From: Nitrospirota bacterium
Lineage (GTDB): Bacteria; Nitrospirota; Thermodesulfovibrionia; Thermodesulfovibrionales; UBA9159
Reading direction: 5' to 3'
Length of the DNA stretch: 64,000 nt
Assembly: GCA_963699545.1 (NCBI GenBank)
Contig: CAVOUE010000005.1
Location: 192,001 to 256,000, forward strand
In this document: positions 1 to 10,962 of the stretch, in pieces
Numbering within the stretch: position 1 is the first letter of the stretch
Layout of the letters: every line of letters begins with the position of its first letter
Translations under genes and position numbers: made by a program
Notes under the pieces: model-generated
Seen by the model: only the letters and a program-made list of their open reading frames with translations
Databases searched by the model: none
Told to the model about the DNA's origin: nothing

Positions 1-1246
1 GAAGCCCATGAGACGCCCGATGACACCGAAGCGCCATTGGAGAAACTGATGTCTGATCTCGGCGGGTACGGCGTGGAAGACTACTTCGACGATCGGGGAA
101 GTGACGGCAGGGATCTCGGGTACTTCAACCCCGGCACAGTGGAGCAGCCGTCCTTCGACCACTTTGTCAGCAAAGAGGCCGACCTCGCCGACCATCTCAT
201 CTGGCAGCTGCGGTTCTCTGACGCTGATGATGAGATCAGGGAGATCGGTGAAATCGTCATCGGCAATATCGATGAAAACGGTTACTTGCGGGTCACCGAT
301 GAGGAGATAGCCCAGACAGCGGGCGCGGAAATGGAAAAAGTGAAGGCGGCAGTGGACATCATACAGGGTTTTGATCCGCCGGGAATCGCCGCCCGTGATC
401 TCCAGGAGTGTCTGCTGCTGCAGCTGAAGGCGATGGATCTTCAAGGGAGCCTTGTGGAACAGATCGTTCTTAACAATATGGCTGACGTAGAGAAGAAACG
501 CTACCAGCAGATCGCCAAGCACTACACCGTATCTCTGGACACCGTAATGGCCGCCATCAAAGTGATCGAGGGGCTTGAACCAAAACCGGCGAGAAATTTT
601 TCGACCCAGACACCCACGTACATTGTCCCCGACGTAACGGTAGTCAAGACCGAGGACGGCTACCAGATCATCCTCAACGACGAAGGATTGCCCAGGCTGC
701 GGTTGAACAGTTATTACAAGAAACTCTTCCTCGCGAAGAACTCCCTGTCGAAGGAGGAGAAACAATTCATTGAGGAGAAACTGCGCTCTGCGGTTTGGCT
801 TCTGAAAAGCCTTGACCAGAGAAACAGGACCATTTACCGGGTGACCGAGAGCATCCTGAATTTTCAGAAAGATTTCTTTGATACAGGGAGTTGCGCTGCT
901 GAAGCCCCTCAATCTTCGCGATGTGGCTGCCAGCCTCGGCATGCATGAAAGCACCATCAGCAGGGTCACCTCGAACAAGTTTCTTTCCTGCAGTCACGGT
1001 CTGTTCAGCTTTCGATTTTTTTTCAGCAGCGCCCTTCAGAGCGGGTCAGGTTCGGTATCCTCTACCTCGGTAAAAGACCTCATAAAGAAGATCATCCTTG
1101 AAGAGAACAGTAAGAAGCCCTTGAGCGACCAGAGGATCGTTGAACTCCTCAAGACAAAGAACATCGTCATCGCACGACGGACAGTGGCCAAGTACAGGGA
1201 AGAACTGAAGATCCCTGCCCAGGGACAGCGCAAGATGCACGACTAA
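1..1246 (+). CDS. rpoN: RNA polymerase sigma-54 factor (5'-truncated by window; frameshift near 885)
   Basis: Two overlapping ORFs (37-948, 878-1246) join into sigma-54: DENGYL, FDPPGIAARDLQECLLLQL, MHESTISRVTSNK, RpoN box ARRTVAKYRE. Confidence 0.95.
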
Positions 1247-1273
1247 TCATACAGATCAATTGAAGGAGGAGAT

Positions 1274-1798
1274 ATGAACATCATTGTAAATGGAAGACAC
1301 CTCGAAATTACTCCGGCTCTCAAGAGTTATGCTGAGGAAAAACTGAAGAAATTCGACCGGTATCTTTCGCATATCACCGAAGCGGTCGTTACCCTTACGG
1401 TCGAGAAATACCGTCACAAGGCAGAGGTGCTGCTCAAGGCAAACGGTCTCCTGATCCAGGCCGAAGGGGTTACCGGCGAGATATATTCCGCCATAGACGA
1501 GGTTGTCGAAAAACTCGAAAAACAGGTCAAGAAATACAAAGAGAAGATGGTCTCTCATCGAAAAGGCGAGGGAAAAACCGCTGCTTCGGCTGAGTCGGAA
1601 AAAACCGACTCCGAACAGGGCAGGATCATAAAGAAGAAACGGTTTGATATGAAGCCTATGAGCCCTGATGAGGCTGCGATGCAGATGGAACTCCTTGACA
1701 AGGACTTCTTTGTTTTTTCGAATCAGAGCTCAGGAGAGATCAATGTGATTTACAGGAGGGACGACGGCAACTTTGGTCTCATAGAGCCGGCCAGGTAG
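1274..1798 (+). CDS. hpf: Ribosome hibernation promoting factor, long form
   Basis: MNIIVNGRHLEITPALKSYAEEKL, C-terminal KPMSPDEAAMQMELL...VIYRRDDGNFGLIE; usual position after rpoN; strong RBS. Confidence 0.95.
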   Translation: MNIIVNGRHLEITPALKSYAEEKLKKFDRYLSHITEAVVTLTVEKYRHKAEVLLKANGLLIQAEGVTGEIYSAIDEVVEKLEKQVKKYKEKMVSHRKGEGKTAASAESEKTDSEQGRIIKKKRFDMKPMSPDEAAMQMELLDKDFFVFSNQSSGEINVIYRRDDGNFGLIEPAR

Positions 1799-1966
1799 CC
1801 GAGCAGTTGCCGTCAGCTCCTGGCAGGAGAGAAGCGACTAATCATAAAGAACTACTTTATGTTTAGTGGTTAATATATTGTTATAATTAGATATATCTGC
1901 TCCGGTTTCTTCCCCTTCGAAAAAAAAGGGAGCAGGTTTAGTGCTCGTGACCGCATAACGCAAAAA

Positions 1967-2830
1967 ATGAAACCGAGCGTAGTGATCATAACAGGACTTT
2001 CAGGTTCAGGCAAATCTGTGGCGCTCAGGGCACTGGAAGACGAAGGGTTCTTCTGTGTTGACAACCTTCCCGTCACCCTGATGGAATCCTTTGCCTCCAT
2101 CATCACCGCCAACGGACCACAACTACAAAGATCGGCATAGGCAGTGGATATCCGGGAAAAGGAGTTTCTCCCGTCCTTTGATTCGGTTCTCGGCCCCTAA
2201 GGGAACGATACGCGTCGAGATCATATTTCTCGAAGCAGACAGGGACGCGCTCATGACGGAGATTCAAGGAGACCAGGAGACCCCACCCCCTCGTCTCGGA
2301 AGGGGTGAGCGTGGAAGAGGCCGTCGAGCACGGAGTACACGCATGCTCCTTCCCCTGAGAAGCGAATCGGACCGTGTCATCGATACGTCATCCTACACCC
2401 CTCACCAGCTGAGACATCTGATATGCATCGTTCTTCAAGGCCTCTCCGCGCTCCGGCGCCAATGACCATAACCCTCATCTCCTTCGGATTCAAGTTCGGG
2501 ATACCACAGAATGTCGACCTCCTCCTGGATGTACGATTTCTGCCCAACCCGAATTTTGTTCCTGAACTCAGGAAATTGAAGGGTACGGATACGGCGGTAC
2601 AGAGCTTTCTCTTCGAAAAGCCTTCAACAGGGGAATTCATTGAAAGGACCTTCTCACTGCTTGATTTTCTCATCCCCCGGTACAAGGAGGAAGGAAAGGC
2701 ATACCTGACCATAGGCTTCGGCTGTACCGGGGGGAGACACCGCTCCCCCGCGATCGTCGAAAGGATTGCGGAACACATAGCCGGGAAACACGGCATAGAG
2801 CCCGCTGTCATTCACAGGGACATGCAGTAG
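1967..2830 (+). CDS. rapZ: RapZ/YvcJ-family P-loop nucleotide-binding RNase adaptor (several frameshifts)
   Basis: Read manually from ATG 1967: [36 protein letters not shown]-terminal [25 protein letters not shown]. Confidence 0.9.
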
Positions 2831-2837
2831 GAATGCC

Positions 2838-3962
2838 ATGATCTACCTGGATCACAATGCCTCTACCCCCGTTGACCCCGAGGTTGCCGATGCCGTACAC
2901 TCGGCGCTCAGATGGAGCTACGGGAATCCTTCCAGCACCCACGGCATCGGCCTGAAGGCAAGGGCCGCGCTGGAAAAAGCACGGGGAGAGGTCGCGGAGT
3001 GTGTCAGCGCTTCCCCTGAAGAAGTCGTCTTCACCTCCGGCGGTACGGAGTCCAATAACCTCGCCATACTGGGGACGGCCCTGCATAAAGGGAAAGGCCA
3101 CATTATCACCACGGCCATCGAACATCCTTCGGTCATGAACCCCTGCCGGTACCTCGAACGAAACGGCTTTTCCGTTTCATATATCGCCGCTGACAGTGAC
3201 GGGAAGATCGCGTTTGATGATGTGAGGAGAGCGATAAGGAAAGAGACGATGTTAATAACCGTCATGCATGCTAACAATGAAACAGGTGTTCTGCAGCCGG
3301 TGGAGGAGATAGGGGCGCTTGCCAGGGAGAGGGATGTTGTTTTTCACATCGATGCGGCTCAGACTGTCGGAAAGATCCCTGTGGACATTGCGAAGCTGAA
3401 CGTGGATCTCCTCACTATAGTATCCCACAAGTTCTACGGTCCCAAAGGGGTCGGCGCCCTCGCTGTCAGAAAGGGCGTGCACCTGAAGCCTATCCTGTTC
3501 GGCGCTGGGCACGAGAAAGGACTTCGCCCGGGAACCGAGAATGTTCCCGGTATCGTGGGACTGGGAAAGACATGTGAGCTGACGAGACTTTTCCTGAAGG
3601 AAAGAGGGGCTCATATGAAGAAACTTACGGATATGCTCTTCGTAGGTCTCAGGGAACGCCTTCAGGGTATACGGATCAACGGACATGAAACGCTCAGGTT
3701 GCCGAATACACTTAATGTCTGCATTCCCGGAGTGGACTCGACCGATCTCATCGAGAAGATCAAGGACGACGTTGCGGTGACCGCAAGTTCGGCGTGTCAT
3801 TCCGGCCAGAGGACCCCTTCGGCAGTGCTCATGGCCATGGGGATGCCGGAAGCAGATGCCCTGTCCTCGGTGAGGCTCAGCACCGGAAAGGACAATACCG
3901 AGGAAGAGATCAGAGCGGCAGTTGAGATAATTGCGAAGGCTGCACGGGGCCAAAGACGGTAA
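2838..3962 (+). CDS. iscS: Cysteine desulfurase, IscS/NifS family
   Basis: MIYLDHNASTP, FTSGGTESNN, PLP lysine in SHKFYGPKG, catalytic SACHS. Confidence 0.92.
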   Translation: MIYLDHNASTPVDPEVADAVHSALRWSYGNPSSTHGIGLKARAALEKARGEVAECVSASPEEVVFTSGGTESNNLAILGTALHKGKGHIITTAIEHPSVMNPCRYLERNGFSVSYIAADSDGKIAFDDVRRAIRKETMLITVMHANNETGVLQPVEEIGALARERDVVFHIDAAQTVGKIPVDIAKLNVDLLTIVSHKFYGPKGVGALAVRKGVHLKPILFGAGHEKGLRPGTENVPGIVGLGKTCELTRLFLKERGAHMKKLTDMLFVGLRERLQGIRINGHETLRLPNTLNVCIPGVDSTDLIEKIKDDVAVTASSACHSGQRTPSAVLMAMGMPEADALSSVRLSTGKDNTEEEIRAAVEIIAKAARGQRR

Positions 3963-5158
3963 GCGCAGCAGAACCGTTTCTGAAAAGCCTCTCAATAAGC
4001 TCCTTCACCTGCTTCATGCTTACCGCGTCTATCTCCCTGAGGATCTCCTCGGTAGAGAAATATCTCCCGTGGTAGATCTCCTGGCGGGCGATGTTCTGCA
4101 TCCTGCTGCTCGAGGATTCAAGGCCGAGGATCAGATTCCCCTTGATCTGGTCCTTCGCCCTCCGGAGTTCGGCATCGGTAATGGTGTCCTTCAGTTCCCT
4201 CATCTCCTTTGCGATAAGCTCGATCACTTCCACCACTCTTTTCCTGGCAGTGCCGGCATAGACACCCCATATCCCTGTATCAAGATATGCGGCAATGAAA
4301 GAATAGATGGAATACGCAAGTCCCCTCTTCTCCCGGATCTCCTGAAAGAGCCTCGAGCTCACCCCTGCTCCCATGACGGCGTTGATGAGATAGAGGGCAT
4401 ACCGGTCGGAGCTGCCCTGGGGCAATCCTTGCACGCCAATAACGCTGTGCGCCTCCGAGAGGTCTTTCGTGAAGACAGAGGTCTCCGCCTTAAAACAGGG
4501 AGCCTCTCCTTTTCTCGGTTCTGACCCTCTTCTCAGGTCTCCCAGAAGATGGTTAAGCGTATGCAGCAGCCTTTCGCGATCGAAGTTGCCTGCGCAGGCG
4601 ATCACGGTATCCTTTGTACCGTAGTATTTCCTGATGTGCCCCATGAGGTCATCCGTCGTGAAGGACTTGATCGTCTCCCTCCTCCCAAGGACGGGCTGGC
4701 CGATGCCGGAGCGGCCCCATACCGTCTCGTAAAAGAGGTCATGGATATAGTCATCCGGGGTGTCTTCCACCATTTTTATCTCTTCTTTTATGATGCTCTT
4801 TTCCTTCTCGATATCGGCCTCAGGAAAGGTGGAGTGGAGGAAGATGTCGGTCAGAAGATCGATCCCTCTTTCAAGGTATTCGTCCAGCACCTTGATGTAG
4901 AAGGTGGTCGTTTCCCTGGAGGTGAAGGCGTTCAGGTCTCCGCCGATGGAATCGATGTCCACCGCAATGTCCCTCGCAGAGCGCTTCCGCGTGCCTTTGA
5001 AAAACATGTGTTCGAGGAAATGGGATGATCCCGTTCTTTTCCGGCAGCTCATACCGCGAACCGACCCCGATCCATATGCCCAGGGATACGGAATGGACAT
5101 TCCTTATCCGCTCGACGACGAGCGGGATGCCGTTATCCAGCCGATATTTCTCGAACAT
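3910..5158 (-). CDS. M16 (pitrilysin-family) zinc peptidase (frameshift near 5025)
   Basis: Inverted zinc motif HFLEHMFFKGT, NAFTS, SSRLFQEIREKRGLAY; typical neighbour downstream of pnp. Confidence 0.9.
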
Positions 5159-5220
5159 AGTCAGCGCGCCTTTGCCCGGCGTTCATGGAGGGGAAGCAGA
5201 GAGCGGACAGGGGCTTTTCC

Positions 5221-7324
5221 CTAGTCCGGCCTTGGATGACCCGCCTGCTCCCTCATGGCCTCTTTTCTGCTGAGGCGGATCTTTCCCTGCCTGTCTATTT
5301 CGATCACCTTTACGTCAACTTCGTCGCCTTCCTGCAGTTCGTCCGTGACCTTTGCTATCCTTTTCTCTGATATTTGGGAGATGTGAAGCAGTCCGTCGGT
5401 TCCCGGCAGGATTTCAACAAACGCTCCGAAATCGGTGATCCTCTTCACCTTGCCGTGATAGATCCTTCCCGAGCTCGGCCTCCGCGATGATACCGTTGAT
5501 GATATCGATGGCCTTTTGCGCCGAGGTCTCGTCGGCAGACGCGATATTGATCAACCCGGAATCATCGATATCGATCTTGACCCCCGTCTGCTCGATGATC
5601 CCCCGGATGACCTTCCCTCCTGAGCCGATCACGTCCCTGATCTTGTCCTGCTTGATCTGCATGGTATAGATCCTGGGTGCATGGGGTGCGAGGCTCTCCC
5701 TCGGCCCAGCAAGAGCTTCTCTTATCTTGCCGATAATAAAAACCCTTCCCTGCCGCGCCTGTTCAAGGGCCTTGTCCATCACTTCTTTGCGTATGCCCCC
5801 TGTTTTCAGGTCCATCTGAAACGCGGTGATGCCCTGCTCAGTTCCGGTAACCTTGAAATCCATATCTCCCAGATGATCCTCGAGACCGAGAATATCGGTG
5901 AGGACAACCGTCTTGTCCCCTTCCTGAATCAGTCCCATGGCAATACCCGCCACCGGCGCCTTGATGGGCACACCTGCATCCATAAGGGCCAGGGTGGAAC
6001 CACAGACCGTTGCCATGGAAGAGGACCCGTTCGATTCAAGGATATCGGAGACGATCCTTATGGTGTAGGGAAACACCTCCTTCGACGGGATGATCGGTTT
6101 CAGGGATCTCTCTGCAAGGGCACCGTGTCCTATCTCCCGTCTTCCCGGCGAACGCAGGGGCTTCACCTCACCCACGCTGAACGGAGGAAAATTATAATGG
6201 AGCATGAAGGTCTTGTAAACTTCTCCTTCAAGTGTCTCGATCTTCTGCTCGTCTTCCGAGGTGCCAAGGGTAACGGCAACAAGCGCCTGTGTTTCGCCTC
6301 TGACAAAAAGGGCTGAACCGTGGGCCCGGGGAAGAAATCCGACCGACGAAGTTATCTGGCGTATCTCGTCGGGACGCCTTCCGTCAGCCCTCACCCCCTC
6401 GTTGATGATCATCTGTCTTACCAGGTCCTTCTCTATATCAAAGAATATGTTCGCAATGTTTTTCGCAAGCCCTTTTTCCTCTGCTTCGAAATGCTTCAGG
6501 GTCTCATCGAGAAGCATATCCAGGGCCTCCTGCCGTCGTTGTTTTCCCGGGATCGCGATGTGCTCCTTGATGCGGTCGAGCACATATGTCTTTACGCCGC
6601 TCTGGAGTTCCACGTTCTCTTCTTTCTGGATAAGGGGTCTCTTCGGCCTTCCGATTCGGGACCTTAGTTCATTCTGCATGGCCACGAGCCGCTTAATTTC
6701 AGCATGTCCGAATTCTATGGCATCAAGGAGTATCTTTTCCGATACTTCTGCCGCGCTCCCCTCTACCATCATGACGGCATCCTGTGTGCCGGCGACCACG
6801 ATATTCAGCTCTAGGGATTCCACTTCTGAAAGATCGGGGTTAATCACAAGTTCGCCCTTCAGCAATCCGACCCTCACCGCACCCACAGGACCATTGAAGG
6901 GGATATCGGAGATCACCAATGCCGCCGACATCGCGGTGATCCCGAGGACATCCGATACATTTTCCTCTCCGAAGGAGAGCACCGACACGATACCCTGCGT
7001 CTCCGAACGAAATCCCTTAGGGAAGAGGGGGCGCATGGGCCTGTCCACAAGGCGGGAGGTGAGCACCTCCTTTTCCGTCGGTCTGCCTTCCCTCTTGAAA
7101 TATCCTCCGGGGATCTTCCCCGCAGCAAACGTCTTTTCCTGATAGTCAATGGTCAACGGAAAGAAGTCAAGCCCTTCCCTCACCTTCTTGTCTGCGACCG
7201 CCGTGGCGAGCAGAACCGTATCACCATACTTCACAACAACAGCCCCATCTGACTGCTTCGCCATTTCACCGGTCTCGATGGTCAACTTCTTGCCTCTCAC
7301 TTCAACTGCTACATTCGTTATCAA
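5221..7324 (-). CDS. pnp: Polyribonucleotide nucleotidyltransferase (frameshift near 5455 separates the S1 domain)
   Basis: [40 protein letters not shown] domain [11 protein letters not shown]1 domain [20 protein letters not shown]. Confidence 0.97.
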
Positions 7325-7334
7325 TATCGTTCTC

Positions 7335-7604
7335 CTATTTCCTCAGTCCCAAGCGTTCCACAACTTTTTCGTACCGCTCTTTGCTGTTGCTTTTGAGATA
7401 ATCCAGAAGACTCCTCCGCTGGCTCACCAGCTTCAGAAGCCCCCTCCTTGAATGATGATCATTCTTATGGGTCTTGAAATGCTCCGTGAGGTACGTTATC
7501 CTTTCACTCAAGATCGCGATCTGGACCTCCGGCGATCCGGTGTCCTTCTCGTGGACCTTATATGAGCTTATAATGGTCTGTTTCGTCTCCTTCTGAAGTG
7601 ACAT
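7335..7604 (-). CDS. rpsO: 30S ribosomal protein S15
   Basis: 89 aa, [21 protein letters not shown]; upstream of pnp. Confidence 0.98.
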   Translation of the reverse strand: MSLQKETKQTIISSYKVHEKDTGSPEVQIAILSERITYLTEHFKTHKNDHHSRRGLLKLVSQRRSLLDYLKSNSKERYEKVVERLGLRK

Positions 7605-7889
7605 ATCACCACCACCTTTCGTAAATTGTTCACTGTATCATACCATATATCCGACCCATTTCTTGAGCCTCGTTGCTATAAAGACGGTCTCCGGAGAGGA
7701 ATGGAACGTTCTTAGCGTGATAGTTTAACTCACGCCGCGGGCAAAATTCAACCCGTTCTCTCCAAAGAACAGCACATGACCGGGTCTTCTCCAGGCAATG
7801 CCCTGCTCACCGGGAAACGCGCCCGCTATCCGCCTCACCGGATGAGGAACACAGATATTCCGGAGGCGAGAGGTCGACCACTCCCCTCT

Positions 7890-8399
7890 TCACAGATCGC
7901 CCTTGTCGCTCATCCTGCGGATTCGTACCGAACGCTTCAACGCTCTCATAATGACATACAGGCGGGATTCAAAAAGACTGATCGCCGCGATCAGACAACT
8001 GACAGTGCTCCACATCTTTGCTTCAAGGTCCATATATATCGGACCATTCTCAACTGCACAAACCTTACCGAGAATTTCCCTGTCCCGAACAGGCTCATCC
8101 GGAATGACCAGCGCGTCCCCCTTCGTCTGGAACGTGATTCCCTCAGTGTCATTTTCACCTCTCCTGACGATCCGGTGAACCACCGGCCGGCCCTCATGAT
8201 TTCTGAAGAATATCAGATCTCCTCGCTTCAGCGAATTGCGGGGTACCTTTCTTATGGTCACAATTTCTCCCCCGTGGAGGAAAGGGTTCATGCTTCTCCC
8301 TGTCACCCTCACCCGGAGAGAAGCCCCCCTGCCGAGGATATCTTCGAAAAGCCCGACACAGCAGGGCAATGGGATTTCAGCGCGCTTTTTCACCCACAT
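7890..8399 (-). CDS. S24/S26-family (signal peptidase I-like, Ser-His type) peptidase without an evident N-terminal membrane anchor
   Basis: VTGRSMNP (catalytic Ser), GDLIFF, VVHRI (His), TKGD; last gene of the RiPP cassette. Confidence 0.8.
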   Translation of the reverse strand: MWVKKRAEIPLPCCVGLFEDILGRGASLRVRVTGRSMNPFLHGGEIVTIRKVPRNSLKRGDLIFFRNHEGRPVVHRIVRRGENDTEGITFQTKGDALVIPDEPVRDREILGKVCAVENGPIYMDLEAKMWSTVSCLIAAISLFESRLYVIMRALKRSVRIRRMSDKGDL

Positions 8400-9346
8400 C
8401 TCCTTTCTCGGCGATGAGCGAACTCTGCCAGGAAGCCTGCAACGTCCCTGCCAGGCCTGAAGGAGAGCTCATACGCGGGGATATTGGTGATGAGTTCATC
8501 GCAGAACGACAGGACCTTTGCCGTCGCCTCTCGATCATACCAGGGGACCGAGACAACCGGGAGGAGCCGCCTGCCCGATTCCGGACCGCCCAATTCCAGA
8601 ACCAGGTTATGCTCAGCATGGGCAAGGAACATGATGCCCGCAAGCGGGACACCCTTGTTCAAAGCATCTCCGGCCTCGCCGGGCCATGGAGTTCCGAACA
8701 CATAGAAGTCGTTCCCGATCTTTCGTACAACGACCCTGTCGTCACTCAGCACATCGCACCGGGCGGCATCCGCGAACTGTCTTGCCAGTGTACTCTTCCC
8801 TGAGCCGGACCGTCCCGGGAATATATATCCCTTCCCCTGCATATCCACCCCTGCCGCATGGATAAGGATACCTTCTCGCCCGGCGAGGGCGTACATTAAG
8901 AGAAGCTGATCAAGAGGATAGCTGAAGGGATTCCTGATCATTTCTTTGCCTTCGACTTCCACGATGTCCATTTTTCCGCAATAGATGATCGCCGTTTCAA
9001 AACGCCGGTCAAAGCGGGCTATGCACTCCGGTCCATCCCCGAGAGAAGGGTTGAGGACCAAATAATATTCGTCTCCCTTTTTGAACATGGACCAGGAACC
9101 CCTGCCTTCAAAGACTTCGGTCAAGTCTTCGATGGCGGGGAGACTCCCCGTCTCAAGATTCACATCGATCGTAAAAAAGCCGGCATCACCAGCCGTGGCG
9201 TCTGTTAAGAAAGACGCGTATGGTGCATTCGGGGGCTCAATCAGTATGGGCAGATCTCTGCAGTGTATGGCGAAGCGGACGTCTGCTATCACGATGTTCA
9301 GCAGGCACACTCTTTGTAAACTTCCCTTATCAGTTCGTAAACACAA
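8390..9346 (-). CDS. HPr-kinase-related P-loop kinase of a peptide-modification cassette (start uncertain)
   Basis: LIHAAGV, Walker A GRSGSGKSTL, LSDDRVVVR, FGTPWPGE. Confidence 0.75.
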   Translation of the reverse strand: MCLRTDKGSLQRVCLLNIVIADVRFAIHCRDLPILIEPPNAPYASFLTDATAGDAGFFTIDVNLETGSLPAIEDLTEVFEGRGSWSMFKKGDEYYLVLNPSLGDGPECIARFDRRFETAIIYCGKMDIVEVEGKEMIRNPFSYPLDQLLLMYALAGREGILIHAAGVDMQGKGYIFPGRSGSGKSTLARQFADAARCDVLSDDRVVVRKIGNDFYVFGTPWPGEAGDALNKGVPLAGIMFLAHAEHNLVLELGGPESGRRLLPVVSVPWYDREATAKVLSFCDELITNIPAYELSFRPGRDVAGFLAEFAHRRERRCG

Positions 9347-9349
9347 CCA

Positions 9350-9538
9350 TTATGACGCATACGCACCGGGCACCGAGCAGGGCGCAAACCCGCACATGCC
9401 AGTACTGCCATGCTTCCCCGGCGCCCCGCTGGCGGTCTTGCAGCCGATAGCCAATACCTCTTCAGCAACCAGCGGAATCACACTTAATCTCGGCTTCTCA
9501 TACGGGTGCTTGCGCTTTTCTTCCTGCTTTTTTGTCAT
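9350..9538 (-). CDS. Putative RiPP precursor peptide, 62 aa
   Basis: MTKKQEEKRKHPYEKPRLSVIPLVAEEVLA-IGCKTASGAPGKHGSTGMCGFAPCSVPGAYAS; YxxPxL leader motif, 3 Cys, AAGGAG RBS, lies between the rSAM and kinase genes. Confidence 0.85.
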   Translation of the reverse strand: MTKKQEEKRKHPYEKPRLSVIPLVAEEVLAIGCKTASGAPGKHGSTGMCGFAPCSVPGAYAS

Positions 9539-10634
9539 GATTGTCTCCTTCCGAATTGTAATCCTTTATGCGCTGATACCGAAGCTCTCCCATTCTGCAG
9601 ATATACTGAGACGGGACATCCTCTGCCCCGTTTTCCAGTCTGAAAAAAGCAGGACAATAACCGCACAGATTGATCTTCTCGCAGCCTCTACAAGAGAAGT
9701 CAGGCGACGCTTTCTTGCTTCGCAGCCGAGATACGATATCACTCCATGCCGCCGCGAATCCGCTTCCCGAGAGCATGTGTTGAACATCACCTGTCATGAG
9801 ACAGGGCTGGAGACAACCGTTGGGTCCGACGTGAAAGCTGGTCAGCCCGGCGCCGCACCCATACAGTTCATCGAACAGCAAATGCTCTTTTGATTCCTCA
9901 TAAAAGGATCCCCAACGCTGAATTGTCTCCTCGTCAGAAAATTCCATTTCTATGGCTCTTTCGGGAGCAACCCTCAGCTCGATCGGGGCTCTCTCCCCAC
10001 CCATGCCGGCTGATATCGCAGCGTCAAACCGGAACCTGGCCCCGAATTCCTTGGCAATCCTCTCCATAGCAAATAATTCATGGCTGTTTACCGTCATGAG
10101 AACCGTTTTAAGGCTAATCTTCACGCTGTTCGCCACAAGAGCCTTTATGCCGCGCAGACACTTTTCGTAAGACCCCTGCACTCCTGTCACTCTCTCATAC
10201 GTGGATGCCGTAGCCCCATACAGACTGATCTCCACGAGAAGGGGCGGCAGAGCTCTGAAGAGATCAATGATGTCATTCCTGAGCAGCGTACCATTAGAAA
10301 AGACCGTGACCAAAAGACCCTTTTCCTTTGCATACCGATAAATTTTGGGGAAGTCGTCACGAAGAAGCGGCTCCCCTCCCGTAACCAACAGGTTCAGACA
10401 CCCAGCCTCGGTTATTTCATCAATGAGAGAGAGAATCCTGTCGCTGCTCATTTCACCACGCCTCAGTTCCCGTCCCTTTGCATCGGAGCCCAGATAGCAA
10501 TGGATGCATCTGAGATTGCAGGCATGGGTCACCTCAATGCTCCCCGAAAGCGGAATATGAAGCCGCCGGGCTTTCATAAGGAACCGTGCCAGGTAGTTTT
10601 CGGCGCTCAACTCTGTCTGCTCCCGGCAGTGCAT
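9498..10634 (-). CDS. Radical SAM enzyme with SPASM domain
   Basis: CNLRCIHC (CxxxCxxC), TGGEPLLR, SPASM cysteines CGAG...PC...CRGCEKINLCGYCP...C. Confidence 0.93.
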   Translation of the reverse strand: MHCREQTELSAENYLARFLMKARRLHIPLSGSIEVTHACNLRCIHCYLGSDAKGRELRRGEMSSDRILSLIDEITEAGCLNLLVTGGEPLLRDDFPKIYRYAKEKGLLVTVFSNGTLLRNDIIDLFRALPPLLVEISLYGATASTYERVTGVQGSYEKCLRGIKALVANSVKISLKTVLMTVNSHELFAMERIAKEFGARFRFDAAISAGMGGERAPIELRVAPERAIEMEFSDEETIQRWGSFYEESKEHLLFDELYGCGAGLTSFHVGPNGCLQPCLMTGDVQHMLSGSGFAAAWSDIVSRLRSKKASPDFSCRGCEKINLCGYCPAFFRLENGAEDVPSQYICRMGELRYQRIKDYNSEGDNHDKKAGRKAQAPV

Positions 10635-10636
10635 CT

Positions 10637-10957
10637 TCAGCCCGTCCTTTCACGAACCAGCCCTGCCTCCAGGAGGCCCTCAATAAACTCGCAAATATCT
10701 GCCCCGGCAACCTGCTGATTCACATCAAACTGCTCTACAACATCGTTGCGGATGTCGTTTAAGCTTTCTGTTCCATCCAGCCTGTCCCAGATATATTCAG
10801 CAACCGCGGTGAGGGCGAATATCTTCTCCATGTCAGCAAGCTTCCCCTTAACCGGCACAAGGAAAAGCTCGCCGGCGATCTTGCGGGAGACTACATCCTT
10901 GTCCCGCATAAAGACCCTGCCCAACGCGTCGCTGTTTAAGGGCTGTACCAATCCCAT
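10637..10957 (-). CDS. PqqD-family RiPP recognition element (RRE)
   Basis: About 100 aa, VVSRKIAGELFLVP...IFALTAVAEYIWDRLDG...DICEFIEGLLEAGLV; adjacent to rSAM. Confidence 0.9.
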   Translation of the reverse strand: MGLVQPLNSDALGRVFMRDKDVVSRKIAGELFLVPVKGKLADMEKIFALTAVAEYIWDRLDGTESLNDIRNDVVEQFDVNQQVAGADICEFIEGLLEAGLVRERTG

Positions 10958-10962
10958 CCGCT

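Noticed and set aside
7605-7760. S15 autoregulatory leader RNA
   Set aside because: Plausible by position, but I could not identify a specific structure by eye.
8390-9346. Canonical PTS HPr kinase/phosphorylase displaced from the rpoN operon
   Set aside because: It lacks a recognisable HprK N-terminal domain and signature, and it is embedded in the peptide cassette.
7890-10957. Lasso-peptide cluster
   Set aside because: The leader motif, RRE and kinase fit, but there is no asparagine-synthetase-like cyclase or transglutaminase-like B2 protease, and the core has no Asp/Glu for ring closure.
9498-10957. PQQ biosynthesis (pqqDE)
   Set aside because: No pqqB/pqqC, and the peptide lacks the PqqA E-x-x-x-Y core.
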